DNA of 64,000 bases from Vicinamibacterales bacterium (GCA_965116845.1 OZ220728.1:5434637-5498636), one strand, 5' to 3'. Positions 1 through 13,999 are shown, counted from the stretch's first letter. A program made the numbers and translations. Notes: generated by a model from the letters alone, not told the origin.

Positions 1-92
1 GTGTTCCTCCGTCACACCTGCCGCGCCGGGTCGCTCCCCTCCAAAGGTGTCCCTGCGGGAAGGCCAAACCGCGTCCGCGCTCGATCGGATCA

Positions 93-4504
<4,412 letters not shown>

Positions 4505-4508
<4 letters not shown>

Positions 4509-4894
4509 CACTTCTGCTCGACACTTGTACCTTCCTTTGGCTCGTGACCGAAGATCGGCGGCTGCCGCTTCGTACCAGGGCGGATTGTCGCGATCCGACA
4601 AACGCGGTGTACCTCAGTGCGCTTTCGGCGTGGGAGATAGCGATCAAGTGTCGACTTGGCCGGTTGTCCTTGCCGGAATCGCCGGAGTTCTTCGTCTCCA
4701 GCCGTCGCCAGCGACTGCAGATCGAGCCGCTGCCGTTCGACGAGCGGGACGCAGCACACGATGGCGTGCTTCCCCAGCACCACCGAGATCCATTCGACCG
4801 AGGCATCATCTCGCAGGCGATCTTGCGTGGCTTGACAATCGTGACGCCGGACCCCGTGATCGCGCGCTATCCGGCCCCCGTGCTCTGGCTTTAG
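4505..4894 (+). CDS. vapC: VapC / PIN-domain toxin (129 aa)
   Basis: LLLDT, SAWEIAIK, HRDPFDR and VTPD motifs; conserved acidic residues present. Confidence 0.9.
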
Positions 4895-5086
4895 ATGTCG
4901 GCCCCGCAGTTCCGTCGCGTCTCTTCGCGGTCGTGCGCGCTTCCCGTCCTGATTCGTCCGCGGCTGGGGCACTCGGTCCGACAATACCCGATTCAGAACG
5001 AGGGATGAAACGAGGGGAACAGCGCGTCACTGGAGTCAATAAGGACATTAGTTTCAGTGCTTTACGCGGGTTTCGAATCGGAAGCC

Positions 5087-5386
5087 CTGGAAGCCCGACG
5101 GCTGATCGAGCTACGCGACCGCTGGCTGAACCCGCCCGAATGGGTCGAGTGGGTAGACGAGCCGGTTCCCGGCTACCCGAAGCGGCCCGTGCCCCGCGAC
5201 GAGACCGCGGCGAAGGCGCTCAAGAAGCGGACGCTGACGAACCTCTACAACGCCCGGCCGCAGTGGCTCGCCGATGCGCACGAGGCTCTTGACGCGGCCG
5301 TGGCCGCCGCGTACGGGTGGTCGGCGGACATCTCCGACGACGGGGTTCTGCGGGAATTGCTGGCTCTGAACGGCTGCGAGCAATGA
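5087..5386 (+). pseudogene. C-terminal remnant of an MmeI/YeeA-like (Type IIL) DNA methyltransferase
   Basis: LRDRWLNPPEW...KKRTLTNLYNARPQWLADAHEALDAAVAAAYGW matches the C-terminus of this family as I recall it; no credible start or catalytic motifs. Confidence 0.75.
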
Positions 5387-5555
5387 ACGGGCTGCGGTTC
5401 GGAGCGGTTCGCGGACGGCTCGGATGGTCCTCTGGATTCCCGCACGGAGTGTGGTAATGCACGGGGAACCACCACCGGCCTGCAGGTCGATCCGGTCGGT
5501 TACGCTTCCGGGAAGTCGATCGGTGGGTTCGTCTCGGGCCGCAAGCTGGCTTGCG

Positions 5556-5625
5556 TGCGTCTTTCGGTGAAGTTGAACGGTGATTCCGGGGAACGTGAAC
5601 ACGGATTTCGGTGAACGTGAACGCT
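5556..5625. repeat. IS21 end with 3 subterminal repeats
   Basis: Three units of the form CGGnGAA-(GT/CG)-TGAAC, inverted relative to the array at 8270-8406. Confidence 0.85.
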
Positions 5626-5905
5626 CATCGGAGCGCAGCGACGATTGGTCAGCCAGTCACCTCCGTCGGAATCGTACCGGGTGATCGGGGACGTGCCCGT
5701 TGGTTCGTAGGATTACACCCTACAACGAGTACGCGGGTGGAGCGTGTGAGCGGCGGGTTGGGCCGCTCAAGGAGCTGTGGGAAACGCGTTTCGCCGACGC
5801 GGTCGTAGGGGCAGGGCGTATCGCACGCGTTTTCCATAGCTCCGGCACGATCCACGCGCCGGTCGGACGCGACGGGACGGTCGCTGGGCGAGGGATGGCC
5901 TGTGC

Positions 5906-6664
5906 TCATGTCGTCTCCGCCGTTCGGGTCTTCGGGGCGGCGTGGGTTCGACGCATGGAGCGGCCCTTGAGCTCGATGCGGTGTGCGTCGTGGAGGAGGC
6001 GGTCGCAGATGGCGTCGGCCTGGTTGGGGTCTCCGATGACGGTGTGCCAGTCGGTGACGGGGAGCTGGCTGGCGACGAGGGTCGAGGCGCGTTCGGCGCG
6101 GTCCTCGATGACCTCGGTGAGGTCGCGGCGCTCGGGGTCGCGGAGCGGGGCGAGCATCCAGTCGTCGATGGCGAGCAGGTCGAGCTTCGCGAGCCGAGTC
6201 AGCAGCCGGGTGTAGGAGCCGTCGCCGCGGCCGACGGCGAGCTCGTGCAGCAGGCGGGGCATGCGGACGTAACGGGCAGTAAAGCCGCGGCGGCAGGCCC
6301 GTTCGACGAAGGCGCAAGCGAGGAAACTCTTGCCGATCCCGGTCGGGCCGATCAGCAGTAGGTTGTGGCGCTCGGCGAGCCAGGCGCAGGTGCCGAGGGT
6401 GAGGATCTGCTGACGGTTGAGGCGGCGCGGGTGGGCGAAGTCGACGGCCTCGAGCGCCGCCGGGTAGCGGAGCTTGGCGGAGTGGAGTCGTCGCTGCAGC
6501 TTGCGCTGCTCGCGAGCCGTCCACTCGGCGTCGACGAGGAGACCGAAGCGCTCCTCGAAGGCGAGCGCGGTGGCCTCGTCGGTCTGCATCTGCTGGCGGC
6601 AGGCGTCGGCCATGGCGCCGATCTTCATGGCGTTGAGCTTGTCGAGGGTCTCTTCGATCAGCAT
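5906..6664 (-). CDS. istB: IS21 helper ATPase IstB (252 aa)
   Basis: MLIEETLDKL start, Walker A GPTGIGKS, Walker B LLAIDDW, DAICDRLLH, GRSMR. Confidence 0.95.
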   Translation of the reverse strand: MLIEETLDKLNAMKIGAMADACRQQMQTDEATALAFEERFGLLVDAEWTAREQRKLQRRLHSAKLRYPAALEAVDFAHPRRLNRQQILTLGTCAWLAERHNLLLIGPTGIGKSFLACAFVERACRRGFTARYVRMPRLLHELAVGRGDGSYTRLLTRLAKLDLLAIDDWMLAPLRDPERRDLTEVIEDRAERASTLVASQLPVTDWHTVIGDPNQADAICDRLLHDAHRIELKGRSMRRTHAAPKTRTAETT

Positions 6665-8214
6665 GGGTCCTCCCGGGTGGTCGCGGCGTAGTAGGCGGCG
6701 CCGCGGATGTTGTCGTGCGCGGGCGTCGGCGTGGTCTCGGCCGGCGGCTCGAAGGGCAGCCGGTCCTGGCCGGCGGCGAGGATGTTCCGGACGGTGTCGA
6801 AGCGGCAGGAGCCGAGGGCGAGGGCGCGGGCGCTGGCCGCGTCGAGCCGGTCGTTGCCGTGCTGCCGCCCCAGGCGCATGATGCCGAGCACGGCCCGGTA
6901 GCCCTGCTCGGGGTGCGGGCGGCTCCGCAGAATCCGGTCCACGAGCTGGCCGGTCGCGGGACCGGTCTTCTCGGCCCAGCGGATGAGGCGCGACGGCGTC
7001 CACTCGGCGTGGGCGCGATGGGCGCTCGGCATGTGCTCGGCGACAGTGGACGGCCGCCCGTCGTAGCGTCGCGGGTGCGACGTCACGCGGCGGCCCTTGA
7101 AGAAGACCTCGACGGTCGCGGTGGTGTAGCGGATTTCGACCTGCTCGCGGAGCAGCTGGAACGGCACGCTGTAGGCGTGGCGCTCGACCAGGACGTGGTA
7201 GTCGATGTTGACGCGGCACGGCTTCCACCGCGCCAGGACGTAGCGGTCGGTCGGCAAGGGTCGGAGCGCCGGGCGGTCGAGCTGCTCGTAGAGGGCACGC
7301 CGGCTGACACCGAGCTTCTTCATCGGCCGGTCGTTGAGCTCGTCGAGGAGCACGCGGACCGCCGCGTTGAGCGCGCCGAGGGCGAAGAAGGTCTGGTTGC
7401 GGAGGCGCGCGAGGATCCACCGCTGGGCCACGAGCACGCTCGCCTCGACGGCAGCCTTGTCTCGAGGCTTGCGCGGCCGCGCGGGAATCACGACGGCGCC
7501 GTAGTGGGCGGCGAGGTCCTCGTAGGTCCGGTTGATGCCCGGCTCGTAGCGGCAGGGACGCGTGACCGCGCTCTTGAGCTGGTCGGGGACCCACAGCGTG
7601 GTCGTGCCCCCGAAGTACTCGACCATCCGGATGTGAGCAGCGACCCAGTCGGGCAGCTGCTGGCTCTCGATCGCCTCGGCGTACGTGAGGCTGCTGGCGC
7701 CGAGCACGGCGACGAACAGCTCGACGCGCCGCGCTGCGCCCGTCCGCGGGTCGACCAGCGTCGGCCGCTTGCCGGAGAAGTCGATGAACGTCTTCTCGCC
7801 GGCGCGGTGGATCTGCCGCATCGACGGCCGCAGCCGCCGCGCCCACTGCCGGTAGATCTCGCAGAACTGGGTGTAGCGGTAGCCGTCCGCATGGACCTGG
7901 ACGTACTCCTCCCAGAGGAGCTGCAGCGTGACGCCGTCGCGCTTGCGCTCGCGGTGGATGTACGCGCAGTCGGGCCGGGCTCGGTTGCGCACCGGCGCGG
8001 CCCGGGAGAACAGCTGGGCCTCGAGGGCGGCGTCGTCGAGCTCGGCCGGCAACGGCCAGCCCACCCCGCGCCGGACCGTCCGCTGCAGGTAGAGCGTGAC
8101 CGTGCCGACGCCGATCGAGCACGCCCGGGCTATCGCCCGGTGCGACAGCCCCTGCTCGTGCTTGAGCCGGAGAATCTCACGAATCTTCCTCATCAGTAGC
8201 CTCGCTGCCGGCAT
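6658..8214 (-). CDS. istA: IS21 transposase IstA (518 aa)
   Basis: N-terminal HTH, LLWEEY, IDFSG, VPDQLKSAV, KPRDKAAVE (DDE residues), NIRGAAYY. Confidence 0.95.
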   Translation of the reverse strand: MPAARLLMRKIREILRLKHEQGLSHRAIARACSIGVGTVTLYLQRTVRRGVGWPLPAELDDAALEAQLFSRAAPVRNRARPDCAYIHRERKRDGVTLQLLWEEYVQVHADGYRYTQFCEIYRQWARRLRPSMRQIHRAGEKTFIDFSGKRPTLVDPRTGAARRVELFVAVLGASSLTYAEAIESQQLPDWVAAHIRMVEYFGGTTTLWVPDQLKSAVTRPCRYEPGINRTYEDLAAHYGAVVIPARPRKPRDKAAVEASVLVAQRWILARLRNQTFFALGALNAAVRVLLDELNDRPMKKLGVSRRALYEQLDRPALRPLPTDRYVLARWKPCRVNIDYHVLVERHAYSVPFQLLREQVEIRYTTATVEVFFKGRRVTSHPRRYDGRPSTVAEHMPSAHRAHAEWTPSRLIRWAEKTGPATGQLVDRILRSRPHPEQGYRAVLGIMRLGRQHGNDRLDAASARALALGSCRFDTVRNILAAGQDRLPFEPPAETTPTPAHDNIRGAAYYAATTREDPC

Positions 8215-8269
8215 CGCCTCGCCCTCCTCTCGGATGGGCGCAGCGTGCGGCGATCACGGCTACCGACGA

Positions 8270-8406
8270 GCGTTCACGTTGACCGAAACGGCCGTTCAAC
8301 TTCCCCGGATTCCGCGTTCAACATCCCGGAATCCGTGTTCAACTTCCCCCGAAATCGGCGTTCAACTTCCCCCGGATTCGGTGTTCAGCTTCCTCCGGAT
8401 TACGCA
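8270..8406. repeat. IS21 end with ~6 tandem subterminal repeats
   Basis: Units like GTTCAACTTCCCCGGATTCCGC repeated at 21-23-bp spacing with no unique spacers. Confidence 0.85.
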
Positions 8407-8481
8407 CTTGCGGCCACAAGCGCCCCGACCGCCCCGGCGGGCGGCGGGTCACCTGAAGGGAACGGAGGCGGGGGAGGTCGC

Positions 8482-8805
8482 ATGACGCTCGCTCGACTGG
8501 AACAGGAATACGAGGTTCGCTGCATCAAGATCGCTCAGGATGTAGAGGCAGTCCTGAAGCGCGGCGTGCCGAGATTCCGCGGCTTGCTTGCCCGGCGGGG
8601 TGCCGTTGGTGCGACGACCTATCTGATCCGCGCCTCGAAGCCGTCGGACACTTTCACTGACCTCTGGGCCGTAGGGCACCTAGAACACACGGTGGAGGCC
8701 GTCATCCTGCTTGAGTCCAAGTGGGATCTGCTCTTCTCGGATGACGACAGGAGGGCGGCGCGGGCGCGCTTGCAGGCGCACGACTGGTCGGCGGCTGGAC
8801 CCTGA
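8482..8805 (+). CDS. Small conserved hypothetical protein (107 aa)
   Basis: GGAGG RBS; SDTFTDLWAVGHLEHTVEAVIL..W..LFSDDDRRAARARL resembles a helical domain I recall from standalone proteins and tails of restriction-type proteins. Confidence 0.7.
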   Translation: MTLARLEQEYEVRCIKIAQDVEAVLKRGVPRFRGLLARRGAVGATTYLIRASKPSDTFTDLWAVGHLEHTVEAVILLESKWDLLFSDDDRRAARARLQAHDWSAAGP

Positions 8806-9023
8806 ATTCTCGGAGCCAATCCGGACCGGCATCCTCCCCCGAGCGGCGGTCCCCCGCATCCCGTCACGGGCGGCTCCCCGGATCCGGCAGTCTGATTCAA
8901 ACGCCACGCTACCGCGAGCGTTGACGGATGCTCTTCCCGCAACGTTACAGTCGCGCTGGCAATTTGTGGCCATCCCTGGTTGTGACCCACGCGCCGCAGG
9001 GGGGCACCACACTGGAGAGACTC

Positions 9024-9629
9024 ATGATCGTACGTGCCACGCTCATCGTCGGTGCCGCCATCGTCCTCGTCACCTGCGGTACACCGCCGGAATCCGATCC
9101 AATCGAGGCGCAGCCTCTCGAAGAAGCTGAACCGACGCCGGAACCGGAACCCGCACCCGCACCTGAGCCAGAACCTGACGACGGGAGTTGGGTGACGAGG
9201 GAGACGACGAATCCTCTTGATGACACGACGACCGTTGTCGCAATTCTCCGCGCAGCACAGGGCGTCGGCGGATTCAGTTCAGATCCGTTTTCGCTGATCG
9301 CTCGATGCCAATCAGACAAGACCGATGTGTACGTCAACTGGCATGATTACCTCGGCGACGACACGAACGAAGTGTACTCCGACCGAAAGCGGGTGACCTA
9401 CCGGTTCCCGCCAGCCGATGCAGTCACTGAGCTGTGGGGCATCAGCACCGACAACGATGCGACCTTTGTGGCGAGCCCGATCCCGTTCCTGAGGACACTG
9501 GTCAAGAGTGACCGACTCGTCATGCAGACGACCCCTTACGGTGAGTCACCCAGTACAGCCGTGTTCGAGCTGGCCGGGGCGCCTGTCGCGATCGCTAGGG
9601 TTGCTGAGGAGTGTCACTGGGAGTTCTGA
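9024..9629 (+). CDS. Putative lipoprotein, VasI/TagO-like C-terminal domain (201 aa)
   Basis: Hydrophobic signal with LVTC lipobox-like site, Pro/Glu linker, W...NPLDDT...LIARC...TPYGESPSTAVFEL. Confidence 0.7.
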   Translation: MIVRATLIVGAAIVLVTCGTPPESDPIEAQPLEEAEPTPEPEPAPAPEPEPDDGSWVTRETTNPLDDTTTVVAILRAAQGVGGFSSDPFSLIARCQSDKTDVYVNWHDYLGDDTNEVYSDRKRVTYRFPPADAVTELWGISTDNDATFVASPIPFLRTLVKSDRLVMQTTPYGESPSTAVFELAGAPVAIARVAEECHWEF

Positions 9630-9708
9630 ATTCAACCCTCCGACGCCTGGGAACACGGTTTGGCTGTCGTCGCCGTTCCGTGGGGCAGGGGGCTGCGGGG
9701 GCAGCACT

Positions 9709-10116
9709 TCAGCGATCGTACTCTGTACCGCCCGTCGAAATACGGTAGAGCGTGCGCGAGTAAGGCAGCCGAAAGTAGATGTTTGCCTCTTCAAGGACTC
9801 GCCCCAGAACCATTCCTCGGCACAACAGGCTCACGCCATCTTGAATCCGTAGGCAAATCGCATCGGCGCTGTCGATGAACTTCGTGTTGGTCAAGCGAGA
9901 CATCACCACGGTGCGCCCTTCCGGAACTGCCCCGATCGGCTGAACGACGAATACGGTTACCTGGGTGGAAACAAGAGCCAGAACCGCGATGACACCGATG
10001 GCCACGATGACTGCGACGCGCGTGCGGCGGGCGCTCGTGCGACGACCCGCGACCCTTGGTCCACCGCCGACCGGTCGCTCCGTAGCGTCTGTCGTCTCGT
10101 CCGTCGTCATCATCAT
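9709..10116 (-). CDS. Hypothetical single-TM protein (135 aa)
   Basis: TM segment, then FVVQPIGAVPEGRT...FIDSADAIC...SLLCRG...RLPYS; TATGAT 6 nt upstream of ATG. Confidence 0.7.
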   Translation of the reverse strand: MMMTTDETTDATERPVGGGPRVAGRRTSARRTRVAVIVAIGVIAVLALVSTQVTVFVVQPIGAVPEGRTVVMSRLTNTKFIDSADAICLRIQDGVSLLCRGMVLGRVLEEANIYFRLPYSRTLYRISTGGTEYDR

Positions 10117-10600
10117 CCGCGCATCATACAAGACAAGGGAGGCTCGCTCGCTCTCTTGTGCGGCGGCGCGCAAGGCTCGTGAGCTTGCGGAGTGCCCCCT
10201 GGTGGGGCCACCACGGGTCGGTGGTGAACGAACGGTTGCCGGCTGGATGAGGCCTCGGGTGCGACTACCGGTGCTGAACGGCATCGCGCGACTTGGGGGG
10301 TGAAGCGCTCGGACGAGAACTGAGGGGCGTCCGTGGAGGGCCTGTGTGGTCGCGTTGATTCCCATCTGTAATGAGGGGTGCAACGAGGGAAGCGCGAGCG
10401 GGTGACTGTGGATAAGCCTCCCTTTATGAATAACTTACGAGCGCAATGCAACTCACGTTGCCCTGACACCCCAACAGTGGTCCGCCAGCGTCCGGGGACA
10501 TGCGGTACTGACCATAAGTCACTGAACAAAGTCATTCACTATTCGTCTCCTCGGACCGGACAGGTCAGGACGAAGGGTTTCGCTTATGATCCGTTGGAGG

Positions 10601-11631
10601 ATGAACGTCAGCGTCTACGCGCTCGTCACGACCCTGCTCACGCTGCTGGGCCTCGTGGGCCTGCTGTCCCCTGCGTCTCGTCGGTCTGTATAGCCACCAG
10701 GCGTTGGCGGTCGTGCTGCTGCTCGGGTGCGGTTGGGCGGTCGTGAGCCGCGTCTGGTTGGCGTGGAAGCGACGTCTCCACTTGGCGCCGTTGCGGGGCT
10801 TCCGTACGCGCGACGGTCGGTCGCAGCTTCTGCAGGTGGTGGGACGGGCGAGCTTCTGGACGGCCGCCTCGGCCACGTGCCTCGCGGTGTTTCCCCGGTC
10901 TGCGGAGATGACGCCCCTGATCCTCGCGCTGGCCGGGGTCTGCGTACTCCGAATAGCGGCCTCGTTCCTCTCTTCGCACCGGACCAACACCGGCCCCACC
11001 CTCGTCATGGTGGCAGGAGCGCTGGTGCTGGCATTCGATCTCGGTCGTGCGTTCATCGGAGGCTCCGCAGCCATCGTGCATATTGCCCCCGTTCAAGGGG
11101 GAGTGGCTCGTCTTGCAGGGAGGTCGCAGCCCTCTCCAGAACCACCATCTCGCCGCCTACAACCAGCGGTTTGCCCTCGATCTCGTCCGATTGGAGAAGG
11201 GGCGGATCTTCGGCGACGAGATCGGCAACGCGGCCGTCAATAGTTGGGAGCAACAGCTCCTGTCGCCCGTGGAGGGCAGCGTGGTCGTCGCGCGCGGCGA
11301 CATTGATGATGCGGAGGGCGCCAACTTCGTCACCGACGTCGCGGATGCTGCGGGGAACGTCATCGTCATCGAGCTCGACACGGGCCTGTTCGTCGTCCTG
11401 GCGCACCTCCGGCACGGGACGCTCCGGGTCAGCGACGGCGACCGGGTCCAGAAGGGCGATCCGCTGGCTCTGGTCGGCAACTCGGGGAACACGACCATGC
11501 CGCGCCTTCATCTCCAGGTGCAGACCCACCACGACCTGTGGGATCCCGCCAACCTCTCGGTGCCCTTCGCATTCGACACCGCCGGCCACGTCCTGGCCCG
11601 CAACGATCGCGTCGGTACATCGGTCCGTTGA
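10601..11631 (+). pseudogene. Membrane-anchored M23-family peptidase with two frameshifts
   Basis: GGAGG-ATG 10601; frame changes near 10675 and 11085; final frame has FALD, GNVIVI, LAHL, GNSGNTTMPRLHLQ. Confidence 0.75.
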
Positions 11632-11716
11632 CGGCAGTAGTTCCCGAACGCTGTTGCTGTAGCCCCGCAAGACCAACGGCTCAAGCTGCGTGGACTCGTT
11701 TGGATCCGAGCCCCGC

Positions 11717-13885
11717 TCATTCACCCTCCAGCAGGCCTCCTACCTCCTGCACCGCGCGTTTCCACTCACGCCTGATCATCGCCCGCACGTCTTCGCTGAG
11801 CTCGCCGTTGTCGGAGAACCATGACCTGTTCATGTCCACGATGTCGTCAACATAGCCTGCGCCACCACCCCACCTGTTCACGGCCTTGCCCCAGAACGCG
11901 TCCTCCGCCTCTAGGCCATTGTGAAACCATGTCTCGCCCAGAAGCTTCGCCCGTTCAGTAGCGTCCTGCGAAGCTCTCTCCAGAACGCGGTATACCTGCT
12001 TCAAAAGCGCCTGCGCGTGACGGTGCTCTTCTGGGCCGAGAAACGTGTCACAGAGATCCCCAAACGACCGCACGCGGGAACGGAGCACTGACGAGACAAC
12101 CAGTCTCGCTCCGTAAGCCAGATGATGCCCGTAGTCCAGGTTGTACCAGCCGCCCTTCCGTCGCATCGTCGCGTGAATGGTGGCTGGATGAGCTCCCCCC
12201 ACCGCGCCCAGCAGACTACGCTCCGCCTCCTGCTCGACGGAGTTCAGGTCCGTGTTGTTCTCAATCCAACTCTTGACCAGTACTGCAGCCTGCCGGACGA
12301 CTTCCTGAGCTTGCTCGTCCTGGTAGTTCGCGACGAGTCCGCCGGCGGACGCGACGAGCTCGTGGACCGTTCTCCGGTACCCATCAAACACCATGTGCAC
12401 GCGCTGGTTCAGGTCTCGCCGAACGTCGACCGGATCGTCCTCGTGGGAATTGAAGAACCTCACCGAAAAACCGCTGAACCCAAGGGACTGATGCACGGTT
12501 TCCTCGACGACTCCTGTCTTCAGCCGGTACCCTTCCTCCATCGATCCGACTGGCTCACCCGCATCGTCCAGCATCTGCAGGGCCTCGTCGAACTTCGGCA
12601 ACCCCAGCACAACTCCCGGGAGCCCGTCGCCTTCTATTCCCGCCGCGCTTGCTCGGCGGAGAAGATTCGTAGCCTCCGTTCCAGGTGCCTCGTTGAACCC
12701 GCAGCACAGAACCAGGACCGTGTGCGGTGCCCCGATGTGCCCTTCGAGGTCAGCGCGTGCGACTGTCTCGTCGATTCCTTTTGTGTCCACGATACTCACT
12801 TCAACATCACCGGCGACGGGGATCAGAGGCCCGTCCACGAACACGTCAATCCGTCTCGGAATCGTAAAGTCCGGATTGTTGCCGGTGTTGATGCGGTGGA
12901 ACTCCGACCGTAGCCACTGGAGGCGAGTGACTCCGGCGTCTGCGTCCCACCGCACGTTCCGTCGCTGACGTCGATCCACGTGCATCCGAGACAGGATCTC
13001 GAATTGCAGCCGCAACGCTACGTCCTCGCCCCCACCTCGCGTCTGGTCCTCGGCGACGACTCGCATCGCCAGTTCCCTCGCCGGGTCCGGCGTTGGACGC
13101 CCATCGGCCCGGCGTCCGCTCGCTCGCCTGAGGTCTGCCATGTTCCGGACCGCGCGCTCCACCTCCCGCGACATGATCTGGTCGTCCTGCGCGGTGCCGC
13201 TCTCGCCGCCTTGCTTGGTCGCGTTCAGGAGCTTGTCCGCGAAGTCCGCCACGTGGGCACGCAGCGCCGCGTCCGTGCAGGGTTCGATCACGATACTCGT
13301 CGGCCCCGTCCTGATGTGCACCTCGCACAGTGTGGTCCTCCCCGCTCCTACGTCAAGCACGGGGCTCGGCCGTGGTGCACCAGCCTTGGAGAATGCAAGA
13401 TCAGCGATATGGCAGATCGCCGAAGTCTTTCCGACACCGACCTTGCCGATGAAGACCAAACTGCATTCCCGCTTCAGAAGCTGCGCTGCCGCGGTCTCGA
13501 TCTCCCCGCGCAAGACTTCCAGGCGCCGGGCAAACGCCTGCGCGATGTCGGGCTGGCTGAGGAGGGTCCGGAGGTCGCGAAGCGCGACCTCCGCCGTCCA
13601 GAGAAGGTCGTGGTCCGGGTGGCCGAGCGATGGCCGGCTGAGTTGGTTCCACTCACATGACCTACGCCTCTCAAGCCCCCTCGCTTCCTCTGTACCGATC
13701 GCCTCGGCAAATTCGTGGAATTCGGCGTTCTCCAATCGTCGTTCGCCGCTCTCGGTCCTCGAAACGACCGTCTGGCTCACGCCAAGGCGTGCGGCCAACT
13801 GCGCTTGCGTCAGCTCAGCCAGTTCCCGAACCCGAGCCAGCTCCCGCCCGAGTTCTCTTTCCTGCGCAAATTCGTTCGGATTCAC
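11717..13885 (-). CDS. XRE-family HTH fused to a dynamin-like/TRAFAC GTPase domain (722 aa)
   Basis: LTQAQLAARLGVSQTVVSRTESGER HTH; G1 GKVGVGKT, G2 RTT, G3 DTKG, G4-like PKFD; helical C-terminus; GTG start after AAGGAGG. Confidence 0.8.
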   Translation of the reverse strand: MNPNEFAQERELGRELARVRELAELTQAQLAARLGVSQTVVSRTESGERRLENAEFHEFAEAIGTEEARGLERRRSCEWNQLSRPSLGHPDHDLLWTAEVALRDLRTLLSQPDIAQAFARRLEVLRGEIETAAAQLLKRECSLVFIGKVGVGKTSAICHIADLAFSKAGAPRPSPVLDVGAGRTTLCEVHIRTGPTSIVIEPCTDAALRAHVADFADKLLNATKQGGESGTAQDDQIMSREVERAVRNMADLRRASGRRADGRPTPDPARELAMRVVAEDQTRGGGEDVALRLQFEILSRMHVDRRQRRNVRWDADAGVTRLQWLRSEFHRINTGNNPDFTIPRRIDVFVDGPLIPVAGDVEVSIVDTKGIDETVARADLEGHIGAPHTVLVLCCGFNEAPGTEATNLLRRASAAGIEGDGLPGVVLGLPKFDEALQMLDDAGEPVGSMEEGYRLKTGVVEETVHQSLGFSGFSVRFFNSHEDDPVDVRRDLNQRVHMVFDGYRRTVHELVASAGGLVANYQDEQAQEVVRQAAVLVKSWIENNTDLNSVEQEAERSLLGAVGGAHPATIHATMRRKGGWYNLDYGHHLAYGARLVVSSVLRSRVRSFGDLCDTFLGPEEHRHAQALLKQVYRVLERASQDATERAKLLGETWFHNGLEAEDAFWGKAVNRWGGGAGYVDDIVDMNRSWFSDNGELSEDVRAMIRREWKRAVQEVGGLLEGE

Positions 13886-13931
13886 TGAGGTCCCTCCTTG
13901 CCTATCCGCACGCCCGGCGCCAAGTCCCATC

Positions 13932-13989
13932 GCGGCACACATGCATACATGCCGCATACAGTTTACGCCGTTGCTGACAGTGCGTGCAA
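13932..13989 (-). promoter_or_regulatory. Promoter and palindromic operator of the HTH-GTPase gene
   Basis: TTGCAC (13989-13984), 18 bp, TAAACT (13965-13960); dyad GCGGCA-N3-ATGCAT-N3-TGCCGC at 13932-13955. Confidence 0.65.
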
Positions 13990-13999
13990 GGCGCCGCTC

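Larger units (their letters stand above)
5556..8406 (-). mobile_element. Complete IS21-family insertion sequence (2851 bp)
   Basis: TGCGT...ACGCA termini, multiple ~22-bp subterminal repeats at both ends, istA-istB, 6-bp target duplication CTTGCG at 5550-5555 and 8407-8412. Confidence 0.95.

Noticed and set aside
6665-8122. Long 5' extension of the istB frame (738-aa ORF)
   Set aside because: Arg/Pro/Ala-rich shadow frame of istA; no slippery site seen; istB has its own ATG and RBS.
8270-8406. Regular ~22-bp repeats resembling a CRISPR array or iterons
   Set aside because: No unique spacers or cas genes; inverted copies at 5556-5625 show they are IS21 terminal repeats.
8802-9720. Two genes ending in CTGAATTC and an RYYYAAC after 9629, suggesting integron cassettes
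   Set aside because: No matching GTTRRRY core, no attC dyad and no integrase; likely chance.
10407-10415. DnaA box as a replication origin
   Set aside because: Single box, no dnaA/rep/par genes nearby.
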